64,000 nt of DNA, from the NCBI RefSeq assembly GCF_009914755.1, contig NC_060933.1. One strand, 5' to 3'. The stretch comes from the human T2T-CHM13v2.0 reference genome, Homo sapiens. Position 1 is the stretch's first letter; the number at the start of each line of letters is the position of its first letter. The notes under the pieces were generated by a model that made no database searches, was not told the DNA's origin, and saw only the letters and a list, made by a program, of their open reading frames with translations. This document shows positions 28,133 to 44,218 of the stretch, piece after piece. A program made the position numbers and the translations under genes.

Positions 28133-30321
28133 ACTTTCTATTTTTGCAGTGAGCAAATCAAAATCAGAGAGCGCTGTCTTTCTACAATGTGGCTCCCAAC
28201 CCACTGATGGCCTGTCCTGGATGCCAGGCACTTGTTTGGGTTGGAAGCGGACTGCTCCACAGCTGCAGGCTTTTTTGTGGTTAGTTGTGGCCCACAGGAT
28301 ACTGGCAGCTGGAGGCAGAGCAGTGGTGCCTTTTGAAGCCATGGAAGACCTGCTGATTGCCAGCAAAATGTCTTCCCAGCCAGTTGTTCCTGGAGCCGCT
28401 GTGCAGGGCTCTGGAGATGGTGTGTGAATGCTTGAGACACGGCCTAAGTCTCTTTGAATCTCTCTGGGAGATTCTGATATATGCTGCCCCAATTATTATA
28501 GCAAAGAGCCAACATACTTGGAGGAGAAAAAAAAAGCTAGTCAAAAGATTTTCTGCTCAGGTTGAAGAATATCTTAAAGTCAGTGTAATCGATTAGACTG
28601 ATTATACTAGTTGATCAAGCAGCCACTCCTCTGAAGTTACAAAGAGAATTTGGCAGGACTTAATAAATATTTGAACAGGTTCAAGTTTTTACTTGAGGTT
28701 GTCATACACATTCTCCACAAAGAACAGAAAAGTGAGCCCCAGATTTTCATTTCATGGAGCTATGATGGCTTCACCTCAAAGATAGACACAGTCACTCAAA
28801 GATGTATCAAAATCCTGTCACTCCCAAGTGACCAATGCCAAAAACGCCATAGAGAAAGTAAAACAACTTCAGGAGGAAATCATGGATGGTCTGGGTGAAA
28901 ACACTTATTTTTAGGAAAGACAAGTTGCTTTCCCAAGAAGCTTCTGGATGGAAGGAAAGAGCATGGAACTGAAGGTACAGGAAAAAAATTCCTGACAACT
29001 CAAACACATGAACGAAATAATTTGTAAATGATAAAGCCTGTTAAAATATCCAAAACTGCACTAAATACAAGTTTTCCTTCTGTCTTTAGAATAGATTACA
29101 TGGATGATGGTGATTTGAAATTAGACCCCCCACCCAAAAAAAAAAAAAAAAATGGAGATCACCTAGACTGACAGAAGTCTATTTGAAGAAACTCGTTGAC
29201 GCTGTTCACTTATAAAGGCTTAAAGGAGAAAAACAAGGACAAATACATGTGCAAATATCATGTATTTTTAAATTTTTTATTATTTAAGTTCTGAGGTACA
29301 TGTGCAGAATGTGCAGTTTTGTTACATAGGTAATTTTCCAAGGCTTAATTATTCTGTTTAGGAGGTTCTTTGTTAGACATTTCTAATTTTTATGCAATCA
29401 AAAAAGTCTTAATTTATGGAAAAAAATTTGCATGACCTAAATTGCCAGTCGGCAGCCTTGGCTGAACTGTCCCTTACAAGGGTGATAGCCATTTCTCCAC
29501 ACTGGCCATACTCTGCTTTTGGATTTCCTGCCTTTTCCTCATGCTCATACTGGAAAACGGCAGTATGTTTTACTCTGACATCCCATCCCTCACCATCACA
29601 GATGATTGGCCAAGTATAAGAAGTACTGATCCGAGCTAGACCAGTGCAATTCTCTCTTCCTGGAATTTGGATTCAGGACCCAAATAAGCTGAGAGGGTTT
29701 GCTGGAGGCACTGGGCACATATGACATTTGAATTCCTCATTTACATGTGGCTGTTTGGAGCCATCAGTGGGCCAGATGAGAAAGCAGATTCAACCTGCAG
29801 GTAGAAGCACAGTATTTTGGGGGGAGAAATTCTTAATTCTAAAACATGTCTGATCCAAGGGTTTCAGATAAGAATTGTGAATTTGTACTACCCCAGTTTT
29901 ACAATTGGGTCAACTGAGGCTCAGAGAGGTTAAGCCACTGCAAAACTAGGACATGAGAGAGCTAAGGTTCGTTCAGACCCCATGCTCCTTTGGCATGACA
30001 CTAGCTCCAAGAGGATTATTAATGAACTAGACACTGGCATTTGGATTCAGGACCCAAATAAGCTGAGAGAGTTTGCTGGAGTCACTGGACACATACGACA
30101 TTTGAATTCAGGGGCCAAGGTTCCCATTTGCCTGTGGCTGTTTGGAGCCACCAATGGGCCAGATGAGAAATCAGATTCAAACTCCAGGTAGAAGCAGGAG
30201 AAATGGAAGAGACTTCAAGGCCCCAGAGAAAAACAGAAGCTGGGTTGGCCTCTTAATAACATTTTTTTTGCCTTCAGTTAAGGCTCTCAAAGGGCTGGGT
30301 CTCATAAGATTTATTTTATTA

Positions 30322-30756
<435 letters not shown>

Positions 30757-31711
30757 TTATTCCCTATGACCATAGCAAACAGGCAGCTGATTTCTTGAAT
30801 TGGGTGGGAATGAAGGTGGGGTCTTCTTGCCACTATGCAACACGACAAGTTTGAGTTATAATTCTTCAGTGAAGAGGTGAAACAAAACCCTGTTACTATA
30901 ATCAGTTGGTCTGACTATCCAATTAGTATTTTTTATGTTTCTACTTAACACTTGTGAAATAACCATCTGCCTTTAAATAACTGCCACCTCCTGCCAGCCT
31001 CTCAGCTACGTACTAATAGTAGCTGAATGTCCCTTTACAGTTTATGAGAGGACAGGATGAGTGACTTATGCCACTGGACTCTGCAGTCCGTGATAGGATG
31101 GTATCACTTCCTCTGAGTTATGACATCTCAGCCAGGTACAGCCCCCACACTGGGAAGGACCAGAATTTCCTGCCTTCCTCTCCTACCTTTCTGGACTGGA
31201 CTAAAGCTTGTTCTATTATCCAAAGCCAAATTGATTGGATAAGATTCTGCCCACAGTGACAAACTATTGACTAGATTTTTTTTTCCACATTTTTTTCCTC
31301 AATGGCTTCCCAAAATTCTTTTAACCCTTCAATCTCAGCCAGGTTTCACATTGGTATTAACATGTGAAACCAATCCTGTATGAGGTACCAGTGCCATATC
31401 CTCAGTGTCATGCCTAAACAAAGACATTTCCATTTTTACAAAGTATTCTCGGAGATGCAAAGTCACAACTTGAAATGAATGATGGGATTTCAGGTATGAT
31501 TTAGAAAAAGCACTGACTTTCCAACTTATTAAACTTTCCTCAAACTAATCTGCAACTTTTCTGTCTCTATAACTAGTACTTCAGTGGCCTTTCTGAAACT
31601 GCTCAATTCTAATGAGTTCTAAAGCAGAAAATAAGGTATGACTACTTGTTCTTCCTTTCTCATTTTTATTTTCATAGCATTTGAGAGTACAAATATAGTT
31701 GAGAATCATCC

Positions 31712-32019
<308 letters not shown>

Positions 32020-32952
32020 TTAGTTCAAGTTTCAACATTGTAACTAGAAACTCACTATTGTGTACTTCAGCACTATTTAAAATAGCAAAAAACAAAAAAG
32101 AGAAATAACCTTGGTGCCCAGCAATAGGGGATTGGAAAATACATTATGATATAGCCAAAGAATAGAATCCCATTTAACATTGAAAAGCAAAACATCTATT
32201 TACTTAATAAATAGATTTGGGACAATCAGGTAATCTTCTGGCAAGAAAAATTTGGACTCCTTTTCTCATACGTCACACTAGAATAAATATAATTCAAACT
32301 AATTCTAATTCAATCTGATTTAATCAAAGCTTCAGGTATAAAATATGAAATAATAATGATACTAAAAAGAAAACATGGGAGAATCCTTTTTCTACTCTCA
32401 TATGGGGACGGCAAGACTCAAAACTCACATGCCATATAAGATAGATCGATATAGTTGACTACCCAAACACTTGATAGGTTGATAAATTTGGCTATACAAA
32501 CAAAAAAATTTTTGCATGACAAAAGTCAACACAGTGACAGTAGCTGGAGTGGGGGATGATCTTGTGAACTTTGAGGCCACTCTGATGACCTTGGATCTTA
32601 CTCCAGGAGATGAGAGTTGTTGGAAGCTTTGAGCAGATGTGATATGACTTAAATGTTAACAGGATCTGTGACTGCAGTGTGCAGAATAGACTATGGGGTG
32701 TGTGAGGAGATGATGGTGCTCAGCCCACTGCAGTGGCAGTGGAGGTGGAAGGAAGTGGTTGGATTCTGGGTGCCGTAAGGCACTGCTCCTAGCCATGCAC
32801 CATTTTCTCTCATCCTCACTACCACCCTATGAGGTAGGTCCTTTATCCTATAGGGGAGGAAAGATTTTTTCCTCTACCCTCCTAGGTTCCATAGCTGGGT
32901 CAATAAGATAGACTTACATCCAGCAGATCAACGGGAGAAAAAGTATACATGA

Positions 32953-33277
32953 TTTTTTTTTTTTTTTGAGACAAGGTCTGGTTCTATCACCCAGGCTGGA
33001 GTACAGTGGCGCAATCTCGACTCACTGCAATCTCCGCCTCCCAGTGGCATAATCTCGACTCACTGAAACCTCCACAAACCATCCTCCCACCTCAGCCTCC
33101 CAAGTAGATGGGACTACAGGAACATGCCACCATGCCTGGCTCATTTTTGTATTTTCTTGTAGAGATGGGGTTTCGCCATGTTGCCCAGGCTGGTCTCGAA
33201 CTTGTGAGCTCAAGCTATCTGTCTGCGTCTGCCCTCTAAAGTGCTGGGATTATAGGCGTGAGCCACTGCACCTGGCC
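32953..33277 (-). mobile_element. AluJ with an internal ~37-bp duplication
   Basis: cagtggc..aatctcgactcactg occurs twice (33004, 33042). Confidence 0.9.
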
Positions 33278-33964
33278 ACAATTATTAATTTTTATTATTA
33301 GGTGTGTGGGGGCCTCACAGGAAACATGTGAATACCCCCAAATGTGCCAAGATTAGAGAGTGTGTATACTCTTTTAATAGGAGATGGGGAGGAGAGATGT
33401 CAGCCACTTAAGGGAGACTAAGTGATTTTTAGGAAAGATGAATGGCTCTTGGAAGAATAAATGGGAGATATGATAATGCAGGGAAGAAAAGATGTCTATT
33501 TTTATCCCTTGCTAGGTTCATGGCTGAGGCCCCTATAACAAAGGCAGATTAACAAGAGAAAAATATACAAATGTATTTAATATAAGTTTATGTGACATAG
33601 GGGCCTTCAGAAATGAAGACCCAAAGAAACAGGTAAACCTGTGTGTATTTTATGCTTGACTTGATGAAGTGGACAGTTGTGCAGAAGAAGTATAATTGGG
33701 CAAAGGAAATATAATCTAGTGGTAATAAACTGGGGGGAACTTAGCAAGGCCTGTCTGGTCAGATTCTTCTCTGTGTCCCTGTGTCTTCAGAGATAAGGAC
33801 ATTTCCTTTTCTCCAGGTATAGGGAGGCCACCCCTAGAATGAGGGTCTTATGACCTGCTTCAGAGGAAGGTCAGAGGATTCTTTTTTGACCTACCTCAGG
33901 GGAGATGGGTGGGAGAAGGTCAGAGAGTAACCTTCCTGCTTCTGCTGTTTTCTCAAAAGCCAAG

Positions 33965-36226
33965 CGTATTAATCAGTTTTCAGGCTGCTGATAAAGACAT
34001 ACCTGAGACTGGGAAGAAAAAGAGGTTTAATTGGACTTAACAGTTTCACATAGCTGGGAAGGCCTCAGAATCATAGTGAGAGGTGAAAGGCACTTCTTAC
34101 ATGGTGGCATCAAGAGAAAATGAGGAAAAAGCAAAAGTGGAAACCCCTGATAAACCCATCTCATGAGACTTATTCACTATCATGAGAATAGCACGGGAAA
34201 GATCAGCCTCAATGATTGAATTACCTCCCCCAGGTTCCCTCCCACAACATGTGGGAATTCTGGGAGATTCAATTCAAGGTGAGATTTGGGTGGGGACACA
34301 GCCAAACCATATCATTCCACCCTTGGCCCCTCCAAATCTCATGTCCTCACATTTTGAAACCTATTATGCCTTCCCAACAGTCCCGCAAAGTCTTATTTCA
34401 GCATTAACCCAAAAGTCACTGCCCAACGTCTCATCTGAGATATGGTAAGTCCCTTCTGCCTATGAGCCTATAAAATCAAAAGCAAGCTAGTTACTTCCTA
34501 GATGCAATGGGGGTAAATACAGCCATTCCAAATGCAAGAAACTGGCCAAAACAAAGGGGTTACAGGGCCCATGCAAGTCCAAAATCCTGTGGGACAGTCA
34601 AATTTTAAAGTTCCAAAATTATCCCCTTTGACTCCAGGTCTCACATCCAGGTCACACTGATGCACAAGGTGGGTTCCCATGGTCTTGGGCAGCTCTGCCC
34701 CTGTGGCTCTGCAGGGTACAGCCTCCCTCCTGGCTGCTTTCACAGGCTGGTGTTGAGTGTCTGTGGCTTTTCTAGGCACACAGTGGAAGCTGTCAGTGGA
34801 TCTACCATTCTGGGGTCTGGAGGACGGTGGCCCTCTTCTCACAGCTCCACTAGGCAGTGCCCCAGTAGGGACTCTGTGTGGGGGCTCCAACCCCACATTT
34901 CCCTTCCACACTGCCCTAGCAGAGGTTCTCCATGAGGGTCCCGCCCCTGCAGCAAACTTTTGCCTGGGCATCTGGTCGTTGCCATGCATCTTCTGAAATC
35001 TAGGCAGAGGTTCCCAAACCTCAATTCTTAACTTCTGTGCACCCACAGGCTCAACACCACTTGGAAGCTGCCAAGGCTTGGGGCTTCCACCCTCTGAAGC
35101 ACCAGCCCAAGCTGTATGTTGGCCCCTTTCAGCCATGGCTGGGGGGGCTAGGACATAGGGCACCAAGTCCCTAGGCTGCACACAGCACGGGGACCCTGGT
35201 CCTGGCCCAGGAAACCATTTTTTTCCTCCTGGGCTTCTGGGCTTGTGATGGGGGTCGCTGCCGTGAAGGTCTCTGACATGACCTGGAGACATTTTCCCCA
35301 TGGTCTTGGGTATTAACATTAGGCTCCTTGCTACTTATGCAAATTTCTGCAGCCAGCTTACATTTCTCCCCAGAAAATGGGCTTTTCTTCTCTATCACAT
35401 TGTCAGGCTGCAAATTTTCTGAACTTTTATGCTCTGTTTCCCTTATAAAACTGAATGCCTTTAACAGCACACAAATCACCTCTTGAATGCTTTGATGCTT
35501 AGAAATTTCTTCCACCAGATACCCTAAATCATCTCTCCCAAGTTCAAAGTTCCACAAATCTCTAGGCATAGGCAAAATGCTGCCAGTCTCTTTGCTAAAA
35601 CATAACAAAAGTCACCTTTGTTCCAGTTCCCAATAAGTTCCTCATCTCCATCCGAGACCACCTCAGCCTGGACTTTATTGTCCATATCGCTATCAGCATT
35701 TTGGGCAAAGCCGTTCAACAAGTCTCTAGAGAGTTCCAAACTTCCCCACATTTTCCTGTCTTCTTCTGGGGCCTCCAAACCGTTACAACCTCTGCCTGCT
35801 ACCCAGTTCCAAAGTCACTTCCACATTTTTGGGTATTTTTCAGTAGTACCCCACTCTACTGGTACCAGTTCACTGTATTAGTTTGTTTTCAGTCTGCTGA
35901 TAGACATGCCCAAGACTGGGAAGAAAAAGAGGTTTAACTGGACTTACAGTTCCACATGGCTGGGGAGGCCTCAGAATCATGGCAGGAGGCAAAAGGCATT
36001 TCTTACATGACAGTGGCAAGAGAAAAATAAGGAAGAAGCAAAAGTGGAAACCCCTGATAAACCCATCAGATCTCAGGAGAGTTATTCACTATCACAAGAA
36101 TATCATGGGAAAGACTGGACCCCATGATTGAATTACCTCCCCCATGTTCCCTCCCACAACATGTGGGAATTCTGGGAGATACAATTCAAGTTGAGATTTG
36201 GGTGGGGACACAGCCAAACCATATCA
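33965..36226 (-). mobile_element. Full-length THE1 (THE1C-like) MaLR element: LTRs 33965-34314 and 35874-36226 plus internal region
   Basis: Two ~350-bp direct repeats ending ...cagccaaaccatatca, ~1.56 kb THE1-int between them, perfect 5-bp TSD CCAAG (33960-33964 / 36227-36231). Confidence 0.95.
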
Positions 36227-36798
36227 CCAAGGTAACATATTTTGGGGTACTGTGTCCAGAACCCCATTAATAGTTCATGACAAAGTTTGTCTGAGTGCGG
36301 TGCTGACTTCTTGTCTCCTATTTTGTGATCAAAGTTGATCTTCCCTGGTTGATCAAACTCCTGGGGAGGGGATTGATGACAACTGAGTTCCTTTTGGAGT
36401 TTCTATCTTTAGGCAAATAAGAGGAGTTCAAAGAAAGCTTCTCCTTGCATTTGCTACTTTTCAAGTGCTTTCCGCTCAAACTAATCCCTATGCCAGAGAG
36501 ACATGTTTTAGAGTGGCATATTCTGCCATCTTTGTTCCCTGTTGCACAGATCAGGAAACAGGTTCAGAAAGGCTACACCACTAGTAAGCAGAAGATTCAA
36601 CCCAAGCTTAGCCACGCCCAAAGCCCAGGTTCTTTGCATGCCACTCCACTGCCCCCCAGTAAGTCAAGACATTTCACCAGCTGAGATTTTTATGCTAATT
36701 TGGAACTTTCCATAAAGTATCATATTATCATTCTGTATCTTTACAGTAAAGTTCAAATGATTTAAAAATCACCATAAACAAAATTGAAAAACAATTGA

Positions 36799-37135
<337 letters not shown>

Positions 37136-37484
37136 GTAATTTTGTAAATGTCTAGTATCTGTAACTCATAAGAAAATGTCCAATGTTTTTAAAAATTGGT
37201 CAAAGAATATGAATAGAGTGTTCACAGAAGAGGAAATACAACTGATTCTTAATAGATAATGATGTTCATTTTCACTAATAATAAGAGATTTTTAAATTAA
37301 AAAGGGAACTACCAATTTTCAGCCATCAGTTTGTTAAACTCCTAAAATGATATTCTCATAATTGGAAGAAACATATTCCCTCATATGCTGCCAGTGAGAC
37401 TGTAAATTGGAACAATCTCTGAAACGGGAAATTTGGTAACAACTCTCAAAAATAAAGATATTCATGTCCTTCACAAGCCCCCAG

Positions 37485-38296
37485 TAGAAATGGGAAAAGT
37501 TCCCTTGTCCCCCTCGTAGGGCATGTTATGGGGATGTGGCTTGCTTCTTCAGTGCCCTGCTGCTCAAACCTCTAGAGGAGCATACAGAATGGCAGGCTGT
37601 GGGGCTGCAACCCCACTGCAGTGTCTAGGGGTGAATGTTTACGACTCCTAAGAAGCCCCAGTGGCGTGTGTTACAGGGTGCCCTTTTAGTTTTGCTCTTT
37701 TAATTTCACCATCTGTAGATGGCTTGTGTTAACCAGCTTAGTTAAACTCTACTTTGTCACAAGCACAGAAAGCTTTCTGTATCCTGGTTTCTTGCCTTGG
37801 TGTACTGGAGGAATCAGATCACACCTGGGCTTGGAGAATGAGTGCAAGGTTTTACTGAGTGGAGGTAACTTGGGGGAAGTCAGAAGGGGATATAGTGGGA
37901 AGGTTTTCCCCTGGAGTTGGACTGCTCAGCAGCCTGGGCTCTCCTCTGACTGCCCCAGCAAAACTCCTCATTGTTCTGCTGGTGACTGTTGGTACATTCC
38001 TCTCGACATCCAGCCACCCATGCGTTCCTCCATCTATGTGCTCCTCTCAACATCCAGCAGCTTGTATGTCTGTCTTGCTAGGGTCTCGGGTTTTTATAGA
38101 CACAGGATGGGGGTGTGGCAGGCCAGGGTGGTCTTGGGAAATGCAACATTTGGGCAGGAAATGCCTGTCCTCATCTAGGTCTGTGGGGGTGGAGTCCTAG
38201 ACAGGGACCATGCCCTCCTCTACCCAGCACTTCCTTTCCTTGCTTTCATATCATTTAAAGGCATCATGCTCTTTCCTTCCCAGTACTTCCATATCA
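37485..38296 (-). mobile_element. ERV1 solo LTR (LTR1/MER52/MER61 group) inserted in old L1M sequence
   Basis: GC-richer ~810-bp block starting gaaatgggaaaagttccc and ending ccatatca; subfamily uncertain. Confidence 0.7.
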
Positions 38297-38398
38297 CACT
38301 GAGGAATTTAGTCTATACACAAACACAAGAATATTTTCGTAACTATAATAGCAAAAAATTGGGAGTGACCTAAAAGTACACCAACAAGGCACTGGTTA

Positions 38399-39027
<629 letters not shown>

Positions 39028-39102
39028 AGTTTTTTAAAAATACCATGTAGTACTACGTAGTTATTTAAAATTTCCCAAAGCAGTAGCCTTTGGAGAGAGT
39101 AG

Positions 39103-39501
<399 letters not shown>

Positions 39502-39791
39502 AAATATATGAATTTTTAAAAATGAAAAGTAAAACTAAGATTGAAGTAGTAACAATTGCCAACACTTAATGTGGTGGTTATTCTATAGGCCAAACATTGT
39601 TCCAAGAGATTTATTGGATCAACTCATAAAATTTTCACAAAAATTAAATGGGAAAGATCTATTACTATTTTAATCGCACAAAGAGAGAAACCAAGGTCCA
39701 CAGAAGTTAAATAATTAGGTTGGATTCCAGGCCAAATAAAGGACATTAGTGGGACAATTGGAAAGATTTGAATAATGTTTGTTGATTAGAT

Positions 39792-40505
39792 CAGGGATCT
39801 GCAAGCTTTCTTTGTAAAGGGCCAGAGAGTAACTATTTTAGGCTCTGTAGACCAAACGGTGAGAGAACCTTGGCAGGTCTCTGTCACAAGCAGTAAATTC
39901 TGCATGTGCAGCACAAAAGCAGGCACAGACGTGTGAACAAATGAGCATGCTGAGTTCTGATAAATCTAGCGTATGAACATTGAAACGTGAATATCATATA
40001 ACTTTCATGTGTTAAATAGTGCTTAACTGGCTGGGTGCGGTGGCTCATGCCTGTCATTCCAGCACTTTGGGAGGCCGAGGCCGCTGGATCACTTGAGGTC
40101 AGGAGTTCGAGACCAGCCTGGCCAACGTGATGAAACCCCATCTCTACAAAAATTAGCTGGGCATGGTGTCACACGCCTGTAATCTCAGCTACTCAGGAGG
40201 CTGAGGCATGAGAATCGTTTGAACCCAGGAGGCGGAGGTTGCAGTGAGCCGACATCGTGCCACTGCACTGCAGTCTGGGCAACAGAGCAAGAAGAAAGAA
40301 AAGAAAGAAGGAAGGAAGGAGAGAGAAAAGAAAGAGAAAGAGAGAAAGAAAAAGAAAAGAAAAAAAGGAAAGAAAGAAAGAAAGGAAAGAAGGAAGGAAA
40401 GAAAGAGCTTAACTATCTAAAAGCATTCTTACCTAGGGCGCCCTGCAAAAATAGATGGTGGGCTGGATTTGACTGAGTTTCAGGCCAAAACTTGCTACCC
40501 CCTGG
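39792..40505. mobile_element. MER58-like hAT-Charlie MITE split by an Alu
   Basis: cagggatctgcaagctttctttgtaaagggccag start; resumes after the Alu with tggtgggctggatttg...cttgctacccc. Confidence 0.65.
40029..40405 (+). mobile_element. AluS with expanded (GAAA/GGAA)n tail
   Basis: Purine tract 40289-40405; TSD gcttaact. Confidence 0.93.
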
Positions 40506-40883
40506 GTAAGATAACGGTATTGGTCATCGCACTCTGGTTATGTAAGAGAATGTCCTTGTTTTCAGAAAATACTACACACGAAAATATTTACAGTGAAAAC
40601 GTCATTCTGTTTCTAACTTGTCTGCCAAGTGGTTGTCTGGCCTCCGCTTGCACAGCTCCCTTGATGAGGAACTCATTTTATTAAGTGGCTTATTTTCTTA
40701 CAGGACAACATAAAAAATTATTTACCAGATAAAAAATATATATGCTTCCATGTGAGACAAATGCTAGAATAAATACAATTATTTTAAAGTGAATGAAATT
40801 GGCCTTTTGATAACAAGACTAAAAAATTGGCGTTTTTCAAGTGCAAGGTGAGATTGCAAGCAGGCCAGCCAATGTTTAACTAG

Positions 40884-40901
40884 TACTCCACCTAGTGGCC
40901 A
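40884..40901 (-). promoter_or_regulatory. Candidate CTCF site (TGGCCACTAGGTGGAGTA on - strand)
   Basis: Close match to the CTCF core CCASYAGRKGGCRS, with one mismatch in GGC; in non-repeat DNA. Confidence 0.6.
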
Positions 40902-42510
40902 AAGCTTGAATGAACGACTGTGGAATGACCAGTCTCCCTCCAAAAGGGCCAAGGGCAGAGGAAAAAATAAGTTAAATTAACTTTATTTTGACAACCAGTA
41001 GAATAGAAATTCATGATTTTAAATGTACAAAACAAGTAGTGATTATTTTTCTAGCAAGAAACTGGATGTATTTTTTCTTATGTGAGGAAAATAATTTCCT
41101 AGGTTGAACCCAAATTCTACAATAGATCAGTTGTAAATAAAATTATATTCTCAATGAAAACAAATATTGCTTACTTAATTCCTTCGTGAAGACAATTTTA
41201 CAAGGAAAAAACCACAAAATTATGAACTTCCAAATGGCTTGCTTGAATCACCTCAGCTCCTTAAGATAAAAGGCAAAGATTTGTCCATTGGAAAGCTATC
41301 TCTAACTTGTGGAAATACGAGAAAATAATGAATGTCCATGAACATATTAAAGTTAACTTAGGAAGTTTCAATGTAATTCAAAGCATTTTACATATTCACC
41401 AAATATGAAATTCAACAACACTGCTTACAGTTGGCCAATTATTTTAGATTCCTATGGACACATACATGATTCAAACCACACAGCTTGCTCTAGCTTATAT
41501 AAACCAACTACAAGTTAATGGGCATCACCCCTCTTCCAGGATTACATAGTCAGGTGAAATCATCAGCGGGGAAATTGGGCAGATGGTGCTATAATGGTTC
41601 CATGACAGATGTTAAGAGTCAAGGCTTGGAAATCTAGAATCTCAGGTTTGGAAGGGCACTCTAAAGATCACCTTGCTTGGCCAGCTGACTGATCTTTGAA
41701 TCCCTTTTTTGACATTTTCAGCAATGAATATTCAATCTCGTTTAAGCCCTGAGAGTGATGGGCAGCTCAAGACTATGTCCCAAGGTTCTTTCCATTCTTG
41801 CCAAGTTGGAAAATCTCTTGAGTAGCCAGAATTGTTCTTGCAGACTTTCACCTCTAACCCGCTGATACGCCTTTCAAGAGCAAGTCTACCATGTCTGCTT
41901 ATGAAAGTCTTCACATATTTGAAGAAAACTACTATGTCCCACTGAAGCATTTAAAAAAATCTGGATGAAGTATTTTTAGTTCTTCATATCTCACTGTTTT
42001 ATTATCTACTTAAACCTTTCATTCTTTTCCACATTGGTCTCTTAAGTCATTCATCTACTCATCAATTTTTTCATTAGTATTTATAGATCCAACTGTTGGA
42101 GTTTTCTTCTACCTCTATTGAATTGCATGTTCCTAAAGTAAGTCCATCCTTTTAACCCACTGAAGTCTTCGGATCCAGAATTTTTCTATGCTCACTAGAT
42201 TTGTATCATTTCAAGTTTAAGTCTATCTCTGTTCATCCATAGGGAGCAGTCACTAGAATTTTCCCAAGCTTTATTTAATCCTCATAACAACCTGTTATTA
42301 AGTGAAGATATCTTGAAAGTGATAGTGATTGACAGTCAGGCAATAGTTAATCCATTTTATAGAGAAAATAAAAAGCAGGCGGCCAAGTGAGTCATTCAAA
42401 GATGGTGTCCAATGGACCATGACTCTCAGTTTTCATGCCTACTCCCAGTGTGGTCCTCTTTTACATTAAACCTGGGCTTGACCTGTGGCTCAACTGGTAA
42501 CACTGTCTAG

Positions 42511-42835
<325 letters not shown>

Positions 42836-44218
42836 GAGTGTGATTTTTAATTGCCTTTTGAGTCAAATCATTCAGCTGGTGATAGATGAAACTTATGTTC
42901 TCCTTGCTAAGAAATGATGAACACAACCACAATACTAAACAATGGTATGAATGAAGCAGAATTGGGAATTATTTTGTGGGCAAAATGTAAATTAGAGCAC
43001 ATCTGAATGTTTTATTCAATCAGAATATATCCCAATGTTAAACTTAGAAAGTGAATAAAGCATATTAAATTGATTTGTCTCTGCAAATTTTAGAGCGTAT
43101 GACTAGATTTGTACATATCTGAAGAGTCATTAACAGTGCCAATCAATCCAATTATATACATTTTACAGGCATCTTGCTGTGAAAATAATTGAACACAACT
43201 ATTTTGCTTCCCTAAAATTATTATATCTTTAAGTCAATAAATATATTTTCACATTTTAAATTCATGGGGACTTTTTTTCTGCCCATAAAGAGAAGAGATT
43301 AATAAATATATTGATAATCCTTGGAAGGAATTTGTCTTTAAGGGGAAAAAAGCTATCTGATTTGCCTCTATTTTATTTGAAGACAGAGCTGAGTTTGCCT
43401 GAAGGCATGTAGAAATTTACAGCTTCTGGATCAAAGAGAGGTCATGATGTAATCAGGACTGTTTGATGCAAGTAACAGCAACTGACCAGGGCTATCCAAA
43501 ATCAGCTCTCCACTTCCAGAGGACGTGCCAGTACTGAATGCCTCTTCTATCGCTGGGTACCATAACCATGTGGTACATGGTGAAAGATGCTAACTGCCCT
43601 TCAACTCTGGTCCCTGGGCATTGGATTAACCAGCTTGGGTCATGTGCTCCCACCTCCATGATGGGCGTGAAGGAGGAAGACTTCATCCTGATATTCTTTG
43701 GTAAGAGTTGAGGTACCACATCCCACGGACACCACACAAGGTGGAGGATTCTTGCAAATTAAAAAAGGGGGGTTGGATGTGGGGACAGCCTGAATTAAAA
43801 TAAAAGCTGGTTACAATATTCATCTCTACAGTGCCGGTGGTTTTGACTTAACGGCCCTGCTCTGACCTGCATCTCCCAGAACAACATTTTTTTTCTTCAC
43901 ATGAACTGTCCTGCCCCAGTGTTTCTTCCTGCCCAAGCCTGTCCCATTATATTACCTAAGTATTCATGATTCATCACTAACTCTTCCTCTACCCCGCACC
44001 ACCCCCTCCACCACCACCACTACTATCTCCTTCCACTTCCAGTTGGATTTTTCTCCCCAAGTCATGGGAAATTCATCACTGGTATATGAAGAAGGAAGCA
44101 CAAGAATGGGAAGGAGTGAGGCAGGGGCTATCTGCAGAGGAGAGTTCTTGTTCTTACTGGCAAGGCTGAAGCAGGAGAGATATGTGTTCTAATGCTCATG
44201 ATAGGAAATCTGGGTGCA

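Larger units (their letters stand above)
32850..36530 (-). mobile_element. Outer MER34-like LTR hosting an Alu and a second MER34-like LTR (33477-36269), which hosts the THE1
   Basis: Two similar LTR ends at 32850 and 33477; inner element bounded by ATAA/ATAG; outer sequence resumes at 36270. Confidence 0.65.

Noticed and set aside
34498-35319. 273-aa ORF on the - strand, with paralogous ORFs at 58710-59552
   Set aside because: Lies in THE1-int; a remnant of the MaLR internal frame, broken in the second copy. No evidence for a host gene.
37726-38200. Overlapping 150-aa and 113-aa ORFs
   Set aside because: Entirely within a GC-richer solo LTR where stops are sparse; no recognisable domain.
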